A stretch of DNA of 64,000 nucleotides from a virus: the IMG/VR virus record IMGVR_UViG_3300043446_001144, positions 13,010-77,009 of that record, one strand, 5' to 3'. Within the stretch, counting starts at the first letter, position 1. Each line of letters starts with the position of its first letter. Shown in pieces: positions 10,010 through 19,752 of this stretch. The notes under the pieces are model-generated. The model made no database searches, was not told the DNA's origin, and saw only the letters and a program-made list of their open reading frames with translations. A program made the translations under genes and the position numbers.

Positions 10010-10018
10010 AGCCTAACC

Positions 10019-10597
10019 CTATCTGTCTTCAAACGGGTTAATTTCGCGCTTGCCTTCCTCCTCCTGAATACGCTCCTGCACGGCTTTAGTGATGACGTCT
10101 AACACTCCGTTCATGATGTACTCAGAGAAGGCCTCGATGAACTCACTTAACTTCTCTTGCATGTGGCTGTAGAGGGCGTCTGAATCGTCTTCATCATAAT
10201 CGACTTCTATGACATCAAGCCCCTCTTCAATGTTCCAGGTCTCAATTGCAAAGTCTTCCACGGCGTGAAGTGCCATGTGAGCCTCAATGCTATCGTCCCA
10301 TACCATTGCAAGAACATCCTCAGAGGTAATTTCCCTCATGATTTCACGAAGTGGGCTGCTGCACATAGTTATGTCGTGAGCATTAAGTATCAGTTTGTCA
10401 ATTCCCTCAGTACTATCTGTAAAAAATAGATGATATTTGGCTTTTGTTGCTTTTATGGCTTTCATAGCAGTTTCATTAAACTTTGTGAATCCTAAAATAG
10501 GTAGAATGACTACCGCATCAGGATTTAACGTAATAAGTCTCCGCAAACCATCTTCTACATCGCCATCTTTAAAAGATAACACAACAATGCGTTTCAT
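10019..10597 (-). CDS. Hypothetical protein
   Basis: 192-aa ORF with AGGAGG RBS. Confidence 0.7.
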   Translation of the reverse strand: MKRIVVLSFKDGDVEDGLRRLITLNPDAVVILPILGFTKFNETAMKAIKATKAKYHLFFTDSTEGIDKLILNAHDITMCSSPLREIMREITSEDVLAMVWDDSIEAHMALHAVEDFAIETWNIEEGLDVIEVDYDEDDSDALYSHMQEKLSEFIEAFSEYIMNGVLDVITKAVQERIQEEEGKREINPFEDR

Positions 10598-10605
10598 AGC
10601 CCCTC

Positions 10606-10878
10606 CTATAGTCTTGGTAACCGTTGCGATACAACGGTCGGTTTATTTAAGTATTTTCCTAATGCTAAAGATATAAAGGTTGTTGCTGGAACAGAGACAA
10701 GCATCTGTGTTGTTAGGCCGAAAAATAAGTACATTCCGCCAAAACTTAACGGTAAAGCAAACGCAATATTTATGTTTGATTTACCTATCCAAGCCCCAAG
10801 TATGCTTAAATCAAGCAGTTCCAAGATATAAGTTACAGCAAAGCCTGTTAAAAGAACAACGATTAGTAGGTCAGTCAT
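10606..10878 (-). CDS. Small membrane protein
   Basis: About three hydrophobic segments; TAGAGT-N6-ATG leaderless-type start. Confidence 0.65.
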   Translation of the reverse strand: MTDLLIVVLLTGFAVTYILELLDLSILGAWIGKSNINIAFALPLSFGGMYLFFGLTTQMLVSVPATTFISLALGKYLNKPTVVSQRLPRL

Positions 10879-10887
10879 GACCTCACT

Positions 10888-12810
10888 CTACACGTCCAGT
10901 ACGTCCTTCTCCAAACCACGTTCAGTCTTGATACGCCACCACACGTTTTCAGGAACCCAATCATTTAAAGTTCCAGTAAGACGTGGAATTTTTTGGTCTC
11001 GGCTAGGGTACCGGTAACTAATTGAGTTATACGCTGTTCCTCCCCATACAACTCCATATTCATCTGGTAGTGAACCGTCAAAATATTCCGATGCTTTAAA
11101 CGACTGCTCCAGTTGAACGCAATCTATATAGAAGGTTCCTGTACTACCACTAAAGTTTAGGGACAAGGTTGTTGCCGCAGAACCCGCTGGAATAAGGATA
11201 CTCAAGTCATACCTTGACCATGATGCGCCATTGACAGACTTAGAAGTGGTAGCAACGGTTGACGATGCAGAGTCTTTTGCGGTTAACGTCATAGTCATTG
11301 CTGCATTTGTTTTTGCATAAACGGATGCGGTGTAGTATTGACCAACAGTGATGTTGGCAGCATCCGCTGTGTAAGTCCAAGAACCTGTTGCAAGTATTTT
11401 TGCACTTCTAGTTCCTGCATAAGCGTCTGTTGTAACGTCAGTTTCTCTTGTAATTGTTGGAGAACCTGTTGAAGTCCAAAAAGTTGTGTTAGTTTCAAAA
11501 GAAGGATTTTTAATTAAATTTTTGTAGGTTGCATTTAACACAATGGTCAATGCTCGTGCTTCATCGTAGGACACTGAGGCGCCGCTTTGGTAGCACACCT
11601 GGTCAATATAGTAAGTTCCTGCAGCACTAAAATATACTTCTATATCTGCATAACTAGCAGACGAAGATGACGTTGCCGTAACACTTCCTGTTTTCCAAGT
11701 GTCATCTGCCGCTACTGGAGATGAAGATGCTGTTGAGCCAGTCTGTATTCCGTGTCTGTCGTAAAACGTTGTTCTAATAGTTACATTTCCAGCACTGGTT
11801 GGAGAACGGAATCTACATGAAACGGTGTACTCAGTACTTGGGTCTACCGGAATTCCCAATCTTATCGGGTCTGGATTTCCTAACCTCATATAAGAAACGC
11901 CTGTAGTAACAACTTGGCAAGAATATAGGTCATCTATGACATTAGTTCCAGTGGGTGGAGTAATTGCTGTTGAAGCAGTTAGAGTTGCGTTTGCGGTTGT
12001 CCAATTACCAGTAGAATTATAAAACGTAGAACTTTGAATATCTAGAATTTTGTTTTCAGATACGGTAATAGTTGGCGCATATCCAGTTAAAGACTCTACA
12101 TATGTTTCTAACCCGTTTAAAGTCCCTTTTCTGCTGTACATGTAGAGCGCTTCACGAACAAGTCTTTTTTGGTTTTTTATTGGTAAGGCAAACTCAGGAG
12201 TTAATCCTAGATGCCCGTACTCTAATGGCAATAATGATACTGGCGTATCAATACTCACATGCCTTGGTCGTAATAAATCCAAATAAGAAAGAAGTTCTTC
12301 TATTGAAAGAGATAGTCCTCCAATAAAGTTGTACAAATCTGAAGTATTTGAAACTTGTCCTAAAGGTGTTTGTTCTGCACTGGTAAACACTCTTGGTAAA
12401 AAAGAAAGTAATTTTTGATGCGTTTCCTTATCGAAGGGCACTATTGTGTTAGCGTCACCTGCAGGCACCCAAATACTACTTCCAGTAAATAAAAACATTC
12501 GGTAATAAACCATTCTTCCAGAAACAAGAGGCGTTACTGAAGGGTTGTCAATACCGTCGTCTATAGAAAGAATAGATGGAGTAGAGGCTGCTTCTTCCCA
12601 TACAGTAACCCCATCTTCAGCAGTTTCTGCGTATCCACCTTGGTTTCTTACTAACCTAATTTTAGAGAAGGTTCCTTGAGGTAGTTGCCAAGAAACTCTT
12701 ATTGCAGAAAACGACAATGCAAGAAGAGATATCGGTTCTACTGAATAGGTTAACTTAGCGGGTTGACCATATGTGAACGTTCCAAATATAGACGAACCAT
12801 ATTTTGCCAC
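10888..12810 (-). CDS. Baseplate wedge/tail protein (P2 gpI-like) with two CBM4_9-like carbohydrate-binding modules
   Basis: LYMYSRKGTLNGLETYVESLTG; NLIKNPSFE...YYTASVYAK...FYIDCVQLE; YFDGS. Confidence 0.75.
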   Translation of the reverse strand: MAKYGSSIFGTFTYGQPAKLTYSVEPISLLALSFSAIRVSWQLPQGTFSKIRLVRNQGGYAETAEDGVTVWEEAASTPSILSIDDGIDNPSVTPLVSGRMVYYRMFLFTGSSIWVPAGDANTIVPFDKETHQKLLSFLPRVFTSAEQTPLGQVSNTSDLYNFIGGLSLSIEELLSYLDLLRPRHVSIDTPVSLLPLEYGHLGLTPEFALPIKNQKRLVREALYMYSRKGTLNGLETYVESLTGYAPTITVSENKILDIQSSTFYNSTGNWTTANATLTASTAITPPTGTNVIDDLYSCQVVTTGVSYMRLGNPDPIRLGIPVDPSTEYTVSCRFRSPTSAGNVTIRTTFYDRHGIQTGSTASSSPVAADDTWKTGSVTATSSSSASYADIEVYFSAAGTYYIDQVCYQSGASVSYDEARALTIVLNATYKNLIKNPSFETNTTFWTSTGSPTITRETDVTTDAYAGTRSAKILATGSWTYTADAANITVGQYYTASVYAKTNAAMTMTLTAKDSASSTVATTSKSVNGASWSRYDLSILIPAGSAATTLSLNFSGSTGTFYIDCVQLEQSFKASEYFDGSLPDEYGVVWGGTAYNSISYRYPSRDQKIPRLTGTLNDWVPENVWWRIKTERGLEKDVLDV

Positions 12811-12866
12811 TGTTATACCCCTGTCTTTTGTTTAGGCTAGTTTAACGACTTTAATTTTTTGTTTTG

Positions 12867-13571
12867 TTACTTATTGACTTCTGCTTCCCAAAATTCTTTT
12901 TCAGTTTGGTATTTTTCTTCAAAGTTTGCCACATGACGATAATCACAGCAATCACAGATTGGTCTGTTATTACTGTAATCCGGCATGGACCAATACCCCA
13001 TTTTTGCTCTAAATCTAAAGTCTGATTTCCATGAATTTTCAGCGTGTCCATTTGGAGTAAACGCCCAATGGTCGGGCTCTGCAAACTGCATAAATAGAAG
13101 AGTTACAAACTTATCTTCTGTGTCTGTAGGAAATTCTGGTCTCCAATGCATTTGATAATTGCCGCAAAATACAACACATGAATTTGGCTCTTCTTCGTAA
13201 ACAGTGTCTTCTACTACCAATTCCCAATCAACGTTTTTTTCAATACATACATCTAAAGAATATTGACAGGCCGACTGGTCGTAGTGTTTCCAAAGTTGAG
13301 GGATAACACCATTCTGTTTCTGATATCGTCCAACATGAAACCCTGCTCTACGAAGAGTGTCACTTCCAAAAGTTTGTTTTGCTATCTTTAAAAGTTCTGC
13401 TTCTGTTTCAGAATCAAACCAAATTTCTTCTAACCATCTTCCAGCAACTGTGTGATAAAAATGCGGTCCTTCTGGACCAAGTTGTTTAGCCAGAACTTGT
13501 TGTTTTACTTTTTCAAATAATTCTGGTGAAAGAAAATTTTTTATTGAGGTTGCTTTTACATCAATTGTCAT
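12867..13571 (-). CDS. 2OG-Fe(II) oxygenase
   Basis: HYD...C.YSLD...HWR facial-triad pattern. Confidence 0.8.
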   Translation of the reverse strand: MTIDVKATSIKNFLSPELFEKVKQQVLAKQLGPEGPHFYHTVAGRWLEEIWFDSETEAELLKIAKQTFGSDTLRRAGFHVGRYQKQNGVIPQLWKHYDQSACQYSLDVCIEKNVDWELVVEDTVYEEEPNSCVVFCGNYQMHWRPEFPTDTEDKFVTLLFMQFAEPDHWAFTPNGHAENSWKSDFRFRAKMGYWSMPDYSNNRPICDCCDYRHVANFEEKYQTEKEFWEAEVNK

Positions 13572-14127
13572 TTAAGTTCATCCTTATTTGTTTTCTAATT
13601 TCCTCTACGTGTTGCGGACCTTCTGTAAACCACCAATGATTTGGCTCTACATAATGGAAAAACACAACTCCTATTTTCCCACTATTTGTGTAAAGTGTAT
13701 CCCGCCAGTGCTCATACTTTTCACCCATAAACATGATGGCTTCATTAGGGTTTGCAATGTAGGCTTTGTTGTCTACGTACAGAGCCCATGGGTCTACTTG
13801 GTAAAGAGTTAAGTCAAGAGTGTACGTACATGCATTTGCGTCTTTATGTTTAGATAGACTAATAGTCTCATCTGAGTATTCTGCAAACAAAGAGTACGAA
13901 GGAAGGCAAGTTTCTGTCCTAAAGTACTCTCTTACTTTTGGTAAGAGAATTTCACTATACTCTTTTAGTATAGGTTCTATATGTTCTCCTATTAGTTTTC
14001 TGCCAAATTCGTCTGTGTTCATTGAATCTAAAACAGGATTATCTTTAAAGTGCATTTTGAGTCTATCAAAATGGTAAGGTTCTAATACATTTTTTATTAT
14101 CCCTACCTCTTCGTTTATGCCATCCAT
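13561..14127 (-). CDS. 2OG-Fe(II) oxygenase
   Basis: HKD...CTYTLD...HWR...FFHYV. Confidence 0.8.
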   Translation of the reverse strand: MDGINEEVGIIKNVLEPYHFDRLKMHFKDNPVLDSMNTDEFGRKLIGEHIEPILKEYSEILLPKVREYFRTETCLPSYSLFAEYSDETISLSKHKDANACTYTLDLTLYQVDPWALYVDNKAYIANPNEAIMFMGEKYEHWRDTLYTNSGKIGVVFFHYVEPNHWWFTEGPQHVEEIRKQIRMNLNDN

Positions 14128-14690
14128 TGAACCACCACATATCTAAGACCATCTGTAACTGGATGAACTTCATGATTATATATAAAATTAGATGGAAATA
14201 TTAACAAATTGTTTTTTTCAGCCTTGAATCTGAGACCGAATCGTTTAAAAGATACGTCTCCACCTTCGTAATCTTCATTTAAGTAATAAGTTAAAGATAT
14301 TCTTCTAGTAAAAAATGGGTGGTCATCGATATGGTCATGGAATTTCTGTTCTTTTCCATATCTTAACAACTGTGGATTTTCAAAAGTTTCTATTTTTGCG
14401 TAGTAAGCATTTAAGTATTGTTCTAAGCATGGTTTCATGTTTTTATGAAATTCTTTTGTAAATTCTGTTAAAATTCCATCATCATTTGCTTCATGATGAG
14501 GGAGCATTATAAGGTCAGTGTCTCTTGCTTTGTGATTTGTTCCAGAAACATGCTCATTTTCATTAACCAGTACTTCTGCTTCTCTCCATGATATTTTGGA
14601 ATCTTGTATTCTTTTTATATATTCCATTGAATTTGTAAAAATTTTTTCAAATACAACAATTCCTGGCGCTAATTCTTTCACAGTTACCAC
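14115..14690 (-). CDS. Prolyl 4-hydroxylase-like 2OG-Fe(II) oxygenase
   Basis: QLLRY...HID...RRISLTYYLNEDYEGG...IFPS...HEVHPVTDGLRY..V.W. Confidence 0.9.
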   Translation of the reverse strand: MVTVKELAPGIVVFEKIFTNSMEYIKRIQDSKISWREAEVLVNENEHVSGTNHKARDTDLIMLPHHEANDDGILTEFTKEFHKNMKPCLEQYLNAYYAKIETFENPQLLRYGKEQKFHDHIDDHPFFTRRISLTYYLNEDYEGGDVSFKRFGLRFKAEKNNLLIFPSNFIYNHEVHPVTDGLRYVVVQWMA

Positions 14691-14890
14691 TTACCTATTG
14701 GACAAGTAGCATCTTCAAGTTTTGTTTTTAAAGGCATAAAGCACCCACATTTTTTACATTGTTTTGTCAGTTGAATCAGATGTTCGCAAGTAGAACAACT
14801 ATTCAGTCTTTCTTTAGCAAGTTCATCGCTCATTTTTGGTTTACTTGCGTTAAATAAATCCCACGGTCTAACCTTTTTTGGTGCTGTCAT
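14684..14890 (-). CDS. Small Cys-rich metal-binding protein (DUF6171-like, from recall)
   Basis: CSTCEH...CKKCGCFM..KT....ATCPIGKW. Confidence 0.75.
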   Translation of the reverse strand: MTAPKKVRPWDLFNASKPKMSDELAKERLNSCSTCEHLIQLTKQCKKCGCFMPLKTKLEDATCPIGKW

Positions 14891-15351
14891 ACGTTATGGC
14901 CTTTACTTTTTAAAAGTTCTTTTTGTTCATCTGTTAAATGAGTATGAACAACGGTACGTGGGTCAACCCAATTTTCTGGAGGAATAAAGTTATTATCATT
15001 ATCAACTGTCCATCCAGGTTCAACATATCTTTTTATACCTATGGTTTCAATAGGAGGTTTTGGTTCTCTAACAACTACAATAACTTTTGGTTCGCTTCGT
15101 AAAAGTGCGCTTATTAATTCAGAGCACTCTAAAGTCTCTACTACAGTCTCATTATTTAAAAAAGCAATTACAAATTTTCCTTCGTCAGATGGTGCTTCTA
15201 CGACCTCATAACCTGCTGTAATAAGGTCGTAGAACCACACGAAGGTGCCCATGATATGGACGATAATGTCATCTATAGCAAACGCTATTAATATCCCATC
15301 TTCTTTGTTATCTGGGTTTGTTGCTAACGAAATATCATTCATAGTAATCAT
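14887..15351 (-). CDS. Hypothetical protein (possible fibre-assembly partner)
   Basis: PGWTVDNDNNFIPP; TGa-TAGGAT-N6-ATG start. Confidence 0.6.
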   Translation of the reverse strand: MITMNDISLATNPDNKEDGILIAFAIDDIIVHIMGTFVWFYDLITAGYEVVEAPSDEGKFVIAFLNNETVVETLECSELISALLRSEPKVIVVVREPKPPIETIGIKRYVEPGWTVDNDNNFIPPENWVDPRTVVHTHLTDEQKELLKSKGHNV

Positions 15352-15363
15352 ATAGATATCCTA

Positions 15364-16089
15364 TCAGCAGAAAGCAGCGGCACAGCCGATTACGCATTGG
15401 CTACCACTGTTGCTGTAGCACCAATCGCATGAACCAACAGAACAGCCAGTCCAATACGCATCTGAAGCGGTGCACTTACACCCGTACCACGGACATTCTC
15501 CTGGAGGACATGGTCCAGAAGGAGTAACCGGTGGAGTAACTGGAGGAGTAACCGGTGGAGTAACCGGTGGAGTAACTGGAGGAGTAACCGGTGGAGTAAC
15601 TGGAGGAGTAACAGGAGGAGTAACCGGTGGAGTAACTGGAGGAGTAACCGGTGGAGTAACTGGAGGAGTAACAGGAGGAGTAACCGGCGGAGTAACTGGA
15701 GGAGTAACCGGCGGAGTAACAGAGGTATCGTTTACTGTAATTGTAGAACTTGTGGCAACAATAGTCCCACTTGTAGAGGTAATTCGTAAGTTTGCCCTAA
15801 ATGACTCTGTACCTTCTGTAGATGCGTCATTATTTAACGTGACTGAAAAAGAACCAGAATTATTAGTAATCGTTACAGAACTACCAGAACTAACAGCGTT
15901 AGCAGGGGAACTAAAGTCAGAGTTGTTTATCGTGCCTGTGATACCTTCAAGAGTCCAGTATAAAGTTCCAGTTCCAAAATTAGTTGTAGTTATTGTAAAA
16001 GTTACTGTGCTACCTTCGTTTACTGAGGTTGTATTGGGCGAAATTGAATACGTAGGCGAAGCAAATATAGGCATTACGATGCCAGTCAT
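15364..16089 (-). CDS. Fibre-tip-like protein: Calx-beta/Ig-like domain, (PPVT)16 stalk, 10-Cys C-terminal domain
   Basis: SVNEGSTVTFTITT...DASTEGTESF...TITVNDTS, then the tandem repeat and Cys-rich end. Confidence 0.8.
   Translation of the reverse strand: MTGIVMPIFASPTYSISPNTTSVNEGSTVTFTITTTNFGTGTLYWTLEGITGTINNSDFSSPANAVSSGSSVTITNNSGSFSVTLNNDASTEGTESFRANLRITSTSGTIVATSSTITVNDTSVTPPVTPPVTPPVTPPVTPPVTPPVTPPVTPPVTPPVTPPVTPPVTPPVTPPVTPPVTPPVTPPVTPSGPCPPGECPWYGCKCTASDAYWTGCSVGSCDWCYSNSGSQCVIGCAAAFC
15520..15720 (-). repeat. 12-bp coding tandem repeat (GTT ACT CCN CCN) x16+
   Basis: ggagtaac recurs every 12 nt, 17 times (15521-15713); variation only at Pro third positions. Confidence 0.95.
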
Positions 16090-17048
16090 TATGTAAGGCC
16101 ATTTCCGCTAGCAATCCATGTTGTGGAAGCAACTTTTAAAAGAGTGCACATACCATTAGAAGCCAGGGTTCTTGAACCCGTAGAACTGGTGTTTGCTAAT
16201 CTTAAGGTGTCTGAGGTTATTGCTATCGTTGTACTAACGGTATCAGCATTTACAACTACTATCGTTGTACCTACTGGAAATGCCACAGAACCATTAGACG
16301 GAATAGTAATTGTTTGTCCAGTAGTTGTAACGTAGATGTGTTTACCAGCATCTGATGCAGCAAGTGTTATCCCTGTTCCAGTGCTGTTTTGAGGCATGCC
16401 CATGTAACCAGCACCAGAGGTTGCTGTCGTAGTGGTTCCTGCTGCAGGAGTAATGGTTGGTCCAGTTCCAAATACAAGTGAGCCGGAACCAGTCTCATCT
16501 GTCACTGCAGAAGCAAGATTAGACGAGGAGGGTGTTCCAAGCCAGGTTGCAATTCCTGTGCCAAAAGACGTAATTCCAGTTCCACCATTTGCTACCGGTA
16601 ATGTTCCAGAAATTCCTGTAGTTAAAGGTAGTCCAGTGCAACTTGATAAAGTTCCGCTTGATGGAGTCCCAAGTGCTCCACCATTGGTTACAAAAGCACC
16701 TGATGAGCCAACGCTTACTCCTAGTGCAGTAGCAACACCTGTTCCAAAAGAAGCAATACCAGTTCCGCCGTTAACAACTGGTAGGACATTAGTTCCGCCA
16801 ATCTTGTCATACACATTTTTTAAACCATATTCAAGGTTATTAACACGGGCTTTTACGGTAGCCCATGACGTTGTTGTCGAATCAAATGAGCCAATCCAGC
16901 CAGAACTAACTGTGGGTGATGTTCCTAAAGCGGTCTGTACCGCAACAGTTTCTTCTTGAAGAGAGTTTACGTGGTCAGCAATGACCGTATCAACAAAGTC
17001 TACTTTAGTTACAAAGGACTTTACATTGGAGGGGTAAGACGCTGCCAT
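16089..17048 (-). CDS. Tail fibre/adaptor protein
   Basis: ADHVNSLQEE anchor, LPVxNGGTG repeats, C-terminal FPVGTTI...WIASGNGLT domain. Confidence 0.75.
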   Translation of the reverse strand: MAASYPSNVKSFVTKVDFVDTVIADHVNSLQEETVAVQTALGTSPTVSSGWIGSFDSTTTSWATVKARVNNLEYGLKNVYDKIGGTNVLPVVNGGTGIASFGTGVATALGVSVGSSGAFVTNGGALGTPSSGTLSSCTGLPLTTGISGTLPVANGGTGITSFGTGIATWLGTPSSSNLASAVTDETGSGSLVFGTGPTITPAAGTTTTATSGAGYMGMPQNSTGTGITLAASDAGKHIYVTTTGQTITIPSNGSVAFPVGTTIVVVNADTVSTTIAITSDTLRLANTSSTGSRTLASNGMCTLLKVASTTWIASGNGLT

Positions 17049-17112
17049 AACCTCTTCTTTCTAATAATTCCCCCCTATTTTCGTCGGTTTGCCTTAAATT
17101 TATTGGCTGAAC

Positions 17113-17808
17113 TCACGCTATCTGGTTAACCGTCACTATCACAGACGGGACCGCAGGGTAGGGAGACGCGGCAGGCCTATTCTCAAGTCTTATGTTGGCG
17201 TTATCATTAGACCAAAAGACCTGGAAATAATCGTCTGCCTTCATATACTCAAACAAATTAACAGTCATTACCTGGTATTCATTACTGCCTACTACTATCG
17301 AAGTGGCTGAGTTGTCTATGGCTGTACCATTTTTAGCAAACCAAAGATAAGCCGATTGTCCTGCTCCTCCGCCTCCTGTGTTATGGATTTGAGCAGAAAA
17401 CTGAATGTTGTAAGTAGCAGGTTCTTCAATAACGAGTTTGGAAGAGTCTTTTAAAAACACTCCCTCTTCAAAAAAGGCTGTAGTCAAAGGTACCGCTGTA
17501 CCAACTCCTGGAGTAGCCGTTAAATCTCCAGTATTACACCAAGACCCGTATGCCATCAATCCTTGAGGGTCTTCTCCAAACTCTCCAATCCATACTGGAT
17601 ATTCCGGATTTCCTCCTATGTACATCACCCATGTACCAGTACCTACTGCTGGAGGACGTTTTGTCGAGAGTACAGGCCAAATCCAATCAGTTACTTGGTC
17701 TCCTGTAATTTGGGGAACCACTACTCGTATGCGTCGTAAATGTTTGGGGTCCTTGTTGTACTTTACGACTGCTCGATAGACTCCCTCGTAACGTGGTACT
17801 AAATCCAT
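17113..17808 (-). CDS. Baseplate spike (gp5/gpV OB-fold) with C-terminal jelly-roll-like domain
   Basis: YRAVV..NKDP...RIRVVVPQ...P.VG..WV.Y.GG.PEYPVWIG; YNIQFSAQ. Confidence 0.85.
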   Translation of the reverse strand: MDLVPRYEGVYRAVVKYNKDPKHLRRIRVVVPQITGDQVTDWIWPVLSTKRPPAVGTGTWVMYIGGNPEYPVWIGEFGEDPQGLMAYGSWCNTGDLTATPGVGTAVPLTTAFFEEGVFLKDSSKLVIEEPATYNIQFSAQIHNTGGGGAGQSAYLWFAKNGTAIDNSATSIVVGSNEYQVMTVNLFEYMKADDYFQVFWSNDNANIRLENRPAASPYPAVPSVIVTVNQIA

Positions 17809-17809
17809 A

Positions 17810-19354
17810 TTAGATTTCTGTCAAAGTTAAATTTGCCTCAGAAAATCTGAAAATTTCATCAGCCTGTCCTACAAGAGTTGTTAAATCAGACAAGTCTCCG
17901 TCTCTGTAGAGTGCTGTTACCTTTACTGTTTTAACTCCAGGAGTTTGAATTAATACAAACTCAATATCTTGTGGGTATATCGTATCCTGAAACGACAGAT
18001 TTACATAATTGAACCCTGATAGTAACGCACTCTTTAATCCTGCTTCTACTTCAACAGCAGTATACTGCGGTAATCTAACATACTCAAGATTCAGTATTGC
18101 GTCGATATAATCCGGTGGTTGAACAGTTACTGTTGTTCCAATTAAAAGTTTGTCTTCAAGAAATGTCTCCACATCTCCTTTAAGGCGAGTGTATTCCTCT
18201 GTTGGAGTTCCAGTGCCGTCAAGTCCTGGGGCATCATCGGTGTCCACCGCACTTCTACTTGGAGCAATGTACAACGATATTGACGTCCATACTGAAGCAT
18301 AAGCATTTGCTTTGCCCACACCACTTACACTTAATGCTAAATCAGAAAAATCTTTTAATGTAACTGCACGGTTTCCAGAACGAAGAGATGCAGGAGCAGA
18401 GACACGAATTTGGTCATTAGTTTCTGGGTCTGCACCACCAATTGCAGCCTCAAGATTATCTACGGAAATAACGCTTTGAATAGCAGTTGTTTGTGACTCT
18501 GATAATCCCGGTATATACTCAATAGTTGTTAGAGTTGATGCTGGAACATTTCCTAATGAACCAGAGCCAACTGTATACTCAACACGAATTTCTGATAGTA
18601 GAGTAGGTATTGCTCCAGAAATACCGTCACCAAAGTTAACAGTTACTACGTTATTTTCATCTGTTGAAACTGTAAACACTAGGTCTGTTGGGTCATAGTC
18701 CATAATATGTTGAACTTGTGTCCATTTAGAATAAGATGACCCATCTTGTACGTAAACTTGAACACTACCATCTACGACAGAGGTTTGGCTTAATTCAAAT
18801 ATTTGTTCAGGAAGTCCTGATGAAGTTCCCAAAAGTTCTCCAAATGAATTAGTGTTGGTTGATACGCGTTGAATAGAGCGTCCTTCTACTGCTCCGACTA
18901 CCTCTTGTCCTGATGCTGAAACTATTACATCTGCTTGAGTAGAAAAGTAGATAGTTTGAACAGTGTCTCCAAGAGTTATATCAGCAGATATGACTGTTCC
19001 TTCTGAAAGAGTCACCGTGGTTGACGAAGTATTGGTAAAAGTTAGGTCTACATATGCTTGACGATATCCAGCAGGTATATACCCGTATGATTGTGCAATA
19101 TCAATAAGGCTCTCTCTTTGAATAGCCGTTTCTAAAAACGATTCGTTAGCAGTTCTGTCTATATAGTAGGAGATAATGTCTCCCATATACGAGAAGGCTT
19201 CGACTAATGCAACTCCAAAATCTGCTGGGTCAGAGGCTGTCCAATCAGGAATACGGTTCTGTATACGAGCAATTAATGCTTCACGCAAAGAATAGTAGTC
19301 TCTATTGGTGTAATCAACTGAAACCGGTACGTTAGATGCTGGTGTTATACTCAT
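17810..19354 (-). CDS. Baseplate J-like (gp6/gp47) wedge protein
   Basis: DYTNRDY, DFGVALVE, FGDG, GGADPET, RAVT..DF. Confidence 0.92.
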   Translation of the reverse strand: MSITPASNVPVSVDYTNRDYYSLREALIARIQNRIPDWTASDPADFGVALVEAFSYMGDIISYYIDRTANESFLETAIQRESLIDIAQSYGYIPAGYRQAYVDLTFTNTSSTTVTLSEGTVISADITLGDTVQTIYFSTQADVIVSASGQEVVGAVEGRSIQRVSTNTNSFGELLGTSSGLPEQIFELSQTSVVDGSVQVYVQDGSSYSKWTQVQHIMDYDPTDLVFTVSTDENNVVTVNFGDGISGAIPTLLSEIRVEYTVGSGSLGNVPASTLTTIEYIPGLSESQTTAIQSVISVDNLEAAIGGADPETNDQIRVSAPASLRSGNRAVTLKDFSDLALSVSGVGKANAYASVWTSISLYIAPSRSAVDTDDAPGLDGTGTPTEEYTRLKGDVETFLEDKLLIGTTVTVQPPDYIDAILNLEYVRLPQYTAVEVEAGLKSALLSGFNYVNLSFQDTIYPQDIEFVLIQTPGVKTVKVTALYRDGDLSDLTTLVGQADEIFRFSEANLTLTEI

Positions 19355-19752
19355 AATATCTCCTCATATACTGGTGATTTTCCTCTTAATACAACTATGC
19401 CAACGTCTGTTGTAATAATTTGGTCATTTGGAAGCGCGTATACTACCGATGTCTTTATGACATTGTTTACATCGTCAAACTCCGCAGTCACTTCTTGAAG
19501 AGACAGCGTTGGCAAGAACTTTAAAAATGCACTTTTTACTTCGGACTCAATCTCTGTAGAGGCCGCTTCGCTAGTCTCAAAAAGCGCAAACGGGATTACA
19601 GTACCAAAATTTGGCCTCATTACCCGCTCTCTAAGAGAGGTTCCAATTACTGATTTAACTCTATCCGCCCAAATTTTAGGTTGTTCTATAGTTGAACCTA
19701 TTTTTCCGTATAAGTCTACAGTGAACGGCAGAGTAATAGCCACTTCAGGCAT
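19351..19752 (-). CDS. gp25/gpW-like baseplate protein
   Basis: T..RERVMRPNFG; start moved to ATG 19752 (GGGAGG RBS). Confidence 0.88.
   Translation of the reverse strand: MPEVAITLPFTVDLYGKIGSTIEQPKIWADRVKSVIGTSLRERVMRPNFGTVIPFALFETSEAASTEIESEVKSAFLKFLPTLSLQEVTAEFDDVNNVIKTSVVYALPNDQIITTDVGIVVLRGKSPVYEEIL

Noticed and set aside
12867-14690. Oxygenases as collagen prolyl hydroxylases or TET/JBP-type DNA modifiers
   Set aside because: The collagens have almost no Pro; the motifs look P4H-like rather than TET/JBP-like and the genes sit in the tail block (not formally excluded)
15470-16096. + strand (GGVT)n ORF
   Set aside because: Antisense shadow of the PPVT gene
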